Source: Saprolegnia diclina VS20
Lineage: Eukaryota
Length of the DNA: 49,162 bases
Direction of reading: 5' to 3'
NCBI RefSeq assembly: GCF_000281045.1
Contig: NW_008246091.1
Span: 360,190 to 409,351 of the forward strand
The notes beneath the pieces are model-generated. The model was not told the DNA's origin. It saw only the letters and a program-made list of their open reading frames with translations, and searched no databases. This document shows, piece by piece, positions 45,601-49,162 of this stretch. Made by a program: the position numbers and the translations under genes. Numbering within the stretch: position 1 is the first letter of the stretch; the number at the start of each line of letters is the position of its first letter.

Positions 45601-47040
45601 TCGGCGACTGCGCTTCGGTTCCGCGAAAAGCCCGCGGGCAACGAACGCACTGTCGGGTACCTCCTCGACATGTGGTTTCAAGCATCGCGGACGACGTATG
45701 GCGCCACGCGACTGGGCATTGAGCACGAAGCTCGAGTGCACCTCGATGCGCTCGTCGCCGTGCCTCCGACGCCGTGCCCGGAAGCAATTGGTACTGTGTT
45801 TACCGCTGCGCTCGTCGCTTGCGGCGTCAAGCGCGATGTCATTACGACGCCCCGGGTTCGATCCTCGTCATTTCATCGAGCTTTGTCATTGCTTATGTGA
45901 TGTTGTAGGTGGCGCTGGAGCTTTTCCTCTCCAAGAAAGCCGCCACGTTTCTCTTTGAGAGCGACCCGTTCGATCCCAAGTTGAAAAGCCGCGTGTGGAC
46001 CAGTGCGTTCAAGTGCCGAACCTTTCTCACATCGTTTTCGCTCCTGCAGCTGTTGCCGCAACTGTCGCCGCCATTGAATACGCTTCTGCGGTATCTTCTC
46101 TTGCTCATTGCCGTCGCGCGGTTTCTCAAGCGCGACGCCGACGACGCAAAGGCCAAGCGCGCGCACCTGAGTGCGGCGGCCATTGTTCTACAGTGCCGCG
46201 TCCGCTGCATCTTTGCGGGCCGAGAGCTGGCGCGGCGGAGGCGCCGGCGCGACGCGGCCATTTGCCTCCAAAGCGTCGGTCGCATGTACCTCGCACGGCA
46301 AAAGGTGCTGCGTTTGCGCAGTAACCAAGCCGCCAGTCGCCTGCAAACGTGGTGGCGGCGGCTCCAGGGGCCGAAAAAAACCACTGCGCTTTCAACCAAG
46401 CACCTCTTGGACCACGTGCACGCACTCCAAGCGCGATACGCCACCGTCGACTCGGAGACGGCGACGACCGACGACGTGAGTGCGTGGGGAGACATCTCGA
46501 CGACCGAGTCCTTTGACGCCTTCCTCGCGAGTCGACACGGCAAGGCGATGCTCACAAAGGAGGAGCGTGGCCTCAGTGCGCGCATGAAAGCCCGCGTCAA
46601 GGCGCGAAGCGAGCTACCGCTCGAGGCTCGGCTGCAAGAGGAGGTCCAAGACCTCTTTGATTTTTTCGACCCGATTGGCGTCGGGTCTATCTCGCGGTAG
46701 CTTTTCGTTTTGCTCTCTGAAAACGGTGCTGAAGTCGTGGAGTAGGGACGACACCAAAGTGGTGATTGCCAAGCTTCGCATTCCGCTCGTTGACGACGAG
46801 CTCGACGACGTGGTGAGCATGATCGACAACGACAAGTCGGGTGACGTGAGCGTCCTCGAGTTTTGCTCGTGGTTTCTGTACGAGTACCCGACGCTGCGGA
46901 AGCGGTCGGCCGACTGCGGCAGTCTCTCGCGTGCAGACCGCGACTGGTTTGTGCACACGATGGCCAAGCGCTTTCTGCAGCAAAAGTACAACATCCAGCG
47001 CGCAAGGACAGCGGTGACAAAGCCAAACCATGACGACTAG
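39633..47040 (+). CDS. Giant (~2400 aa) protein: GAF-like repeat, SAM, further GAF-like repeats, IQ motifs, EF-hands; introns ~40179-40218, ~45857-45908, ~46697-46745
   Basis: SAM: DVLAFLRAYGLDDVVPSFQKHKIDGPSLLAL...RTKLLSLI. At least 5 repeats of Y(L/V)G..P...FTAAS...VP....GVLAVD. IQ-like AAIVLQCRVR, AAICLQSVGRMYLAR and AASRLQTWWR. EF-hands DPIGVGSISR and DNDKSGDVSVLEF. Confidence 0.85.
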
Positions 47041-47269
47041 AGAATTACGAAGATCTAATGTGCGCAGTGACTTAGTAAATTCGTTGCACGACCAGACGAG
47101 ATCAAACCTTGTTGCTAGCGATGCGTACCATAGCTCTATATACGTCATACACGTCCAACTGGATTGCAAGAAAATGAGCGTTTGAAATCGTCAGTAGGTT
47201 TGCTGACGACTTGAAAAAGCAAAAAGGGCTCTCAATGCGCGAGTTTCCGTGGTGCCAACTTTGCCAATG

Positions 47270-47427
47270 TATAATCGAGCTGTACCCACCCGCGCCGCCG
47301 CCTGCGCAGCCACGGACCGGCGAGCGAATGAAGAAGAAGGAGATTGCTAGTCTCTACGTATGCGAAGTCTTTGTGTAATTATGAAGATAACGCGAAACAC
47401 GTTCATATATATATAATCGAGCTGTAC
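47270..47427 (+). repeat. 126-bp insert flanked by a perfect 16-bp direct repeat (TATAATCGAGCTGTAC)
   Basis: The copies lie at 47270-47285 and 47412-47427. The insert starts GC-rich and ends in (AT)n. Confidence 0.7.
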
Positions 47428-47525
47428 GAAGACCCCATTTCCATGCTCTGACAAGAAGCTCTTCTGAGCGCTTGATGCAAGGAGACATGCATTGATGTAT
47501 CCATAGTTTAGACAGCATTGATGTC

Positions 47526-48231
47526 TTACTTGTCGTCGTCCGAGTCGTCGGATGTCATGCTCCACGCCTGCACTGGCGTCGACTCGACGTCGCCATCGTC
47601 GTCGTAGCTCCTTCGCTTGGCCTCGGCGCGGCGCTTGCTGCTACTGCTACTTCTGCGCTGGTTTGTGCGCTTGGCCTCACGGGGCGGCGATGCCTCTTCG
47701 GGGCCTGGGTGCATTGTCTTGGCCGGCGCCACAATTGGCGTCGACGCCAAGTGCTTCTCGTATAGGAGCTGCTGCGTGCGGTATGCGTCGAGCGTCTTGA
47801 CCCAGCACGCTGCGCTCGTCTTGCTCTCTGCTTTGAGGAAGAACTTGCGGCTCTTGGCCTCGACCTGGAAGCAGTATTCGTCAAAGACAACGACCGCCGT
47901 AATGTCATTGAGAAAGATCGCATCTACGCAAATCGCTTTCGCTAGGATAGGTCCATGGACGTACGTACTCTTCATGCGCGGCTGCGCGTTGTTGATCGCG
48001 TAGCCAAACGCCTTGTGTCTCTTGTCGATGTAGAACCAGCGCCGGTTCCAGCTGCCCGTGAGGTTGCTCAGGCCTGTACACGTGGGGTGTCAAGGACCAC
48101 TCGAGATATCCTCTCATAGAAAGAAGGTAGATGTGGCAGAAAGGATATGTTTGCCGCTTCATCTTGTAGAGGTACCCTTCGATCTCGGGCGGCAGCGGCG
48201 GCTGCGTCACGGCTTCGACCTTCCCGCTCAT
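47526..48231 (-). CDS. Small PH domain protein; intron 1 is U12-type (AT-AC), intron 2 is a probable 45-nt GT-AG
   Basis: Spliced EIEGYLYKMKRQTGLSNLTGSWNRRWFYID...CFQVEAKSRKFFLKAESKTSAACWVKTL. Confidence 0.88.
48076..48148 (-). other. Minor-spliceosome (U12-type) AT-AC intron, 73 nt
   Basis: The 5' splice site is |ATATCCTTT, the branch site is TCCTTGAC (48096-48089) and the 3' splice site is TAC|, 14 nt from the branch A. Removal restores the PH reading frame. Confidence 0.88.
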
Positions 48232-48589
48232 GCGTGGCAGTTTGTCAACTGCTTTGTCCGGACAGAGAGGTCTATTTTTAGAATCCGGATACTCTTAATA
48301 TCCGGACGACCAAGAAACTCCAGAGGTGCAACCTCGGGAGCAATCGTTGTTCGTCAACAATGCAGTTTGCGCTCGTGTGCAGCAACACGGCGAGCTGATC
48401 ATGTTGCACGACAGCAGTTGGCCGCCCCGAGCCGATTCCCCGAGCCCTGTTCCAACATCAGCAAAAGAACAGTAGAATTGTACACAAATGTAAACCGTGT
48501 GACACATAGGTGTAGGTACATGCATTGTAGTAGTGATGCTGTGGACATGAGCGTCGACGCAATGTAAACACCGAAGTCAAATTTACTCC

Positions 48590-49162
48590 ATGTCGACCTC
48601 GTCCAAGGCCTCACGTGACGGCGCGGCCTACGCTGTTCTCACACAGCCCATACTCGTGGCCGACATCTTTGCATATCAACAACCCGGTCTCTCGACGCCA
48701 CTTGCCCTTGCGTTTCAGCATCACAAGGCGAAGCTCGGGCGCCGGCTCGCGCGATATACTGTGGAGACCATCCGCGGTTATGTCTTATGCCAGCTTGTTG
48801 CTGCCAAGGACGTCAAGTTGGCCCTCGAGCTACTGGCTGCGTTTCCGGAGCGCAATATGCTCGCGCTGCCGCCCACCAACGACATGTATGTCTACGCGAT
48901 CGACAATGCCGTGCATGCACACAGCGTGCCGCTGCTGAAGCAAATGCTGTGACGGGACTTTGGCAAAAGCTCAAAAGCCGCGATGGATGCTGCGGCCATG
49001 AACCGTAGCTTGACCATGGTGCGGCTCTTGCATGAATACCGAAGCGACGGGTGCACGTACAGGGCGTTCAAGGTCGCCAGGGAGGACGGATACCGTGATA
49101 TTCAAGTCTTTCTCAACTGCAACCTTCCGCAAGACAGACACTGCACTGGCCCATTGAAGCGC
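48590..49162 (+). pseudogene. Paralog of the 9179-9802 ankyrin-CaaX gene with an in-frame TGA at 48950-48952; continues in 6182-6232
   Basis: Collinear similarity (IFAYQ, RGYVLC.L.AAK.V.LALELLAAFPER.MLALPPTN) continues in frame after the stop: RDFGKSSKAAMDAAAMNRSLTMVRLLHEYRSDGCTY. Confidence 0.75.

Noticed and set aside
48950..48952. TGA as selenocysteine
   Set aside because: The aligned residue in the paralog is Glu, not Cys, and no SECIS was recognised.

Overview
This is eukaryotic genomic DNA, most consistent with an oomycete (inference; probably a saprolegnian water mould). The basis is GC-rich exons, very short GT-AG introns (about 40-65 nt), oomycete-type Inr/FPR core promoters, a FYVE-GAF protein and oomycete-style ankyrin repeats. 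It is a draft scaffold with five N gaps. The first ~9 kb and the 16-17.6 kb segment are accessory and TE-rich: a MITE with a 5-bp TSD, a 470-bp inverted duplication, a candidate non-autonomous Helitron carrying a one-strand array of GNA/GNNA mini-hairpins, and an internally deleted PIF/Harbinger element. The rest is gene-dense, with about 18 genes: ankyrin-CaaX protein, ENT, RING-PHD protein, YccV-TPR protein, OGFOD1, FYVE protein, biotin ligase, conserved hypothetical protein, Sec14, SH3BGR-like, POLR3C, FYVE-GAF, DNAJB13-like, ABCG, NIPA, PH-DUF1336, a giant SAM/multi-GAF/IQ/EF-hand protein, and a PH protein. The most notable items are: (1) the hairpin-array Helitron-like element; (2) a U12-type AT-AC intron in the PH gene; (3) a paralogous pair of ankyrin-CaaX genes, one with an in-frame TGA-CGG; (4) exact contig-end overlaps showing the scaffold is mis-ordered or forms a circular path; (5) convergent genes whose stop codons overlap. 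All calls were made by eye, with no database searches.
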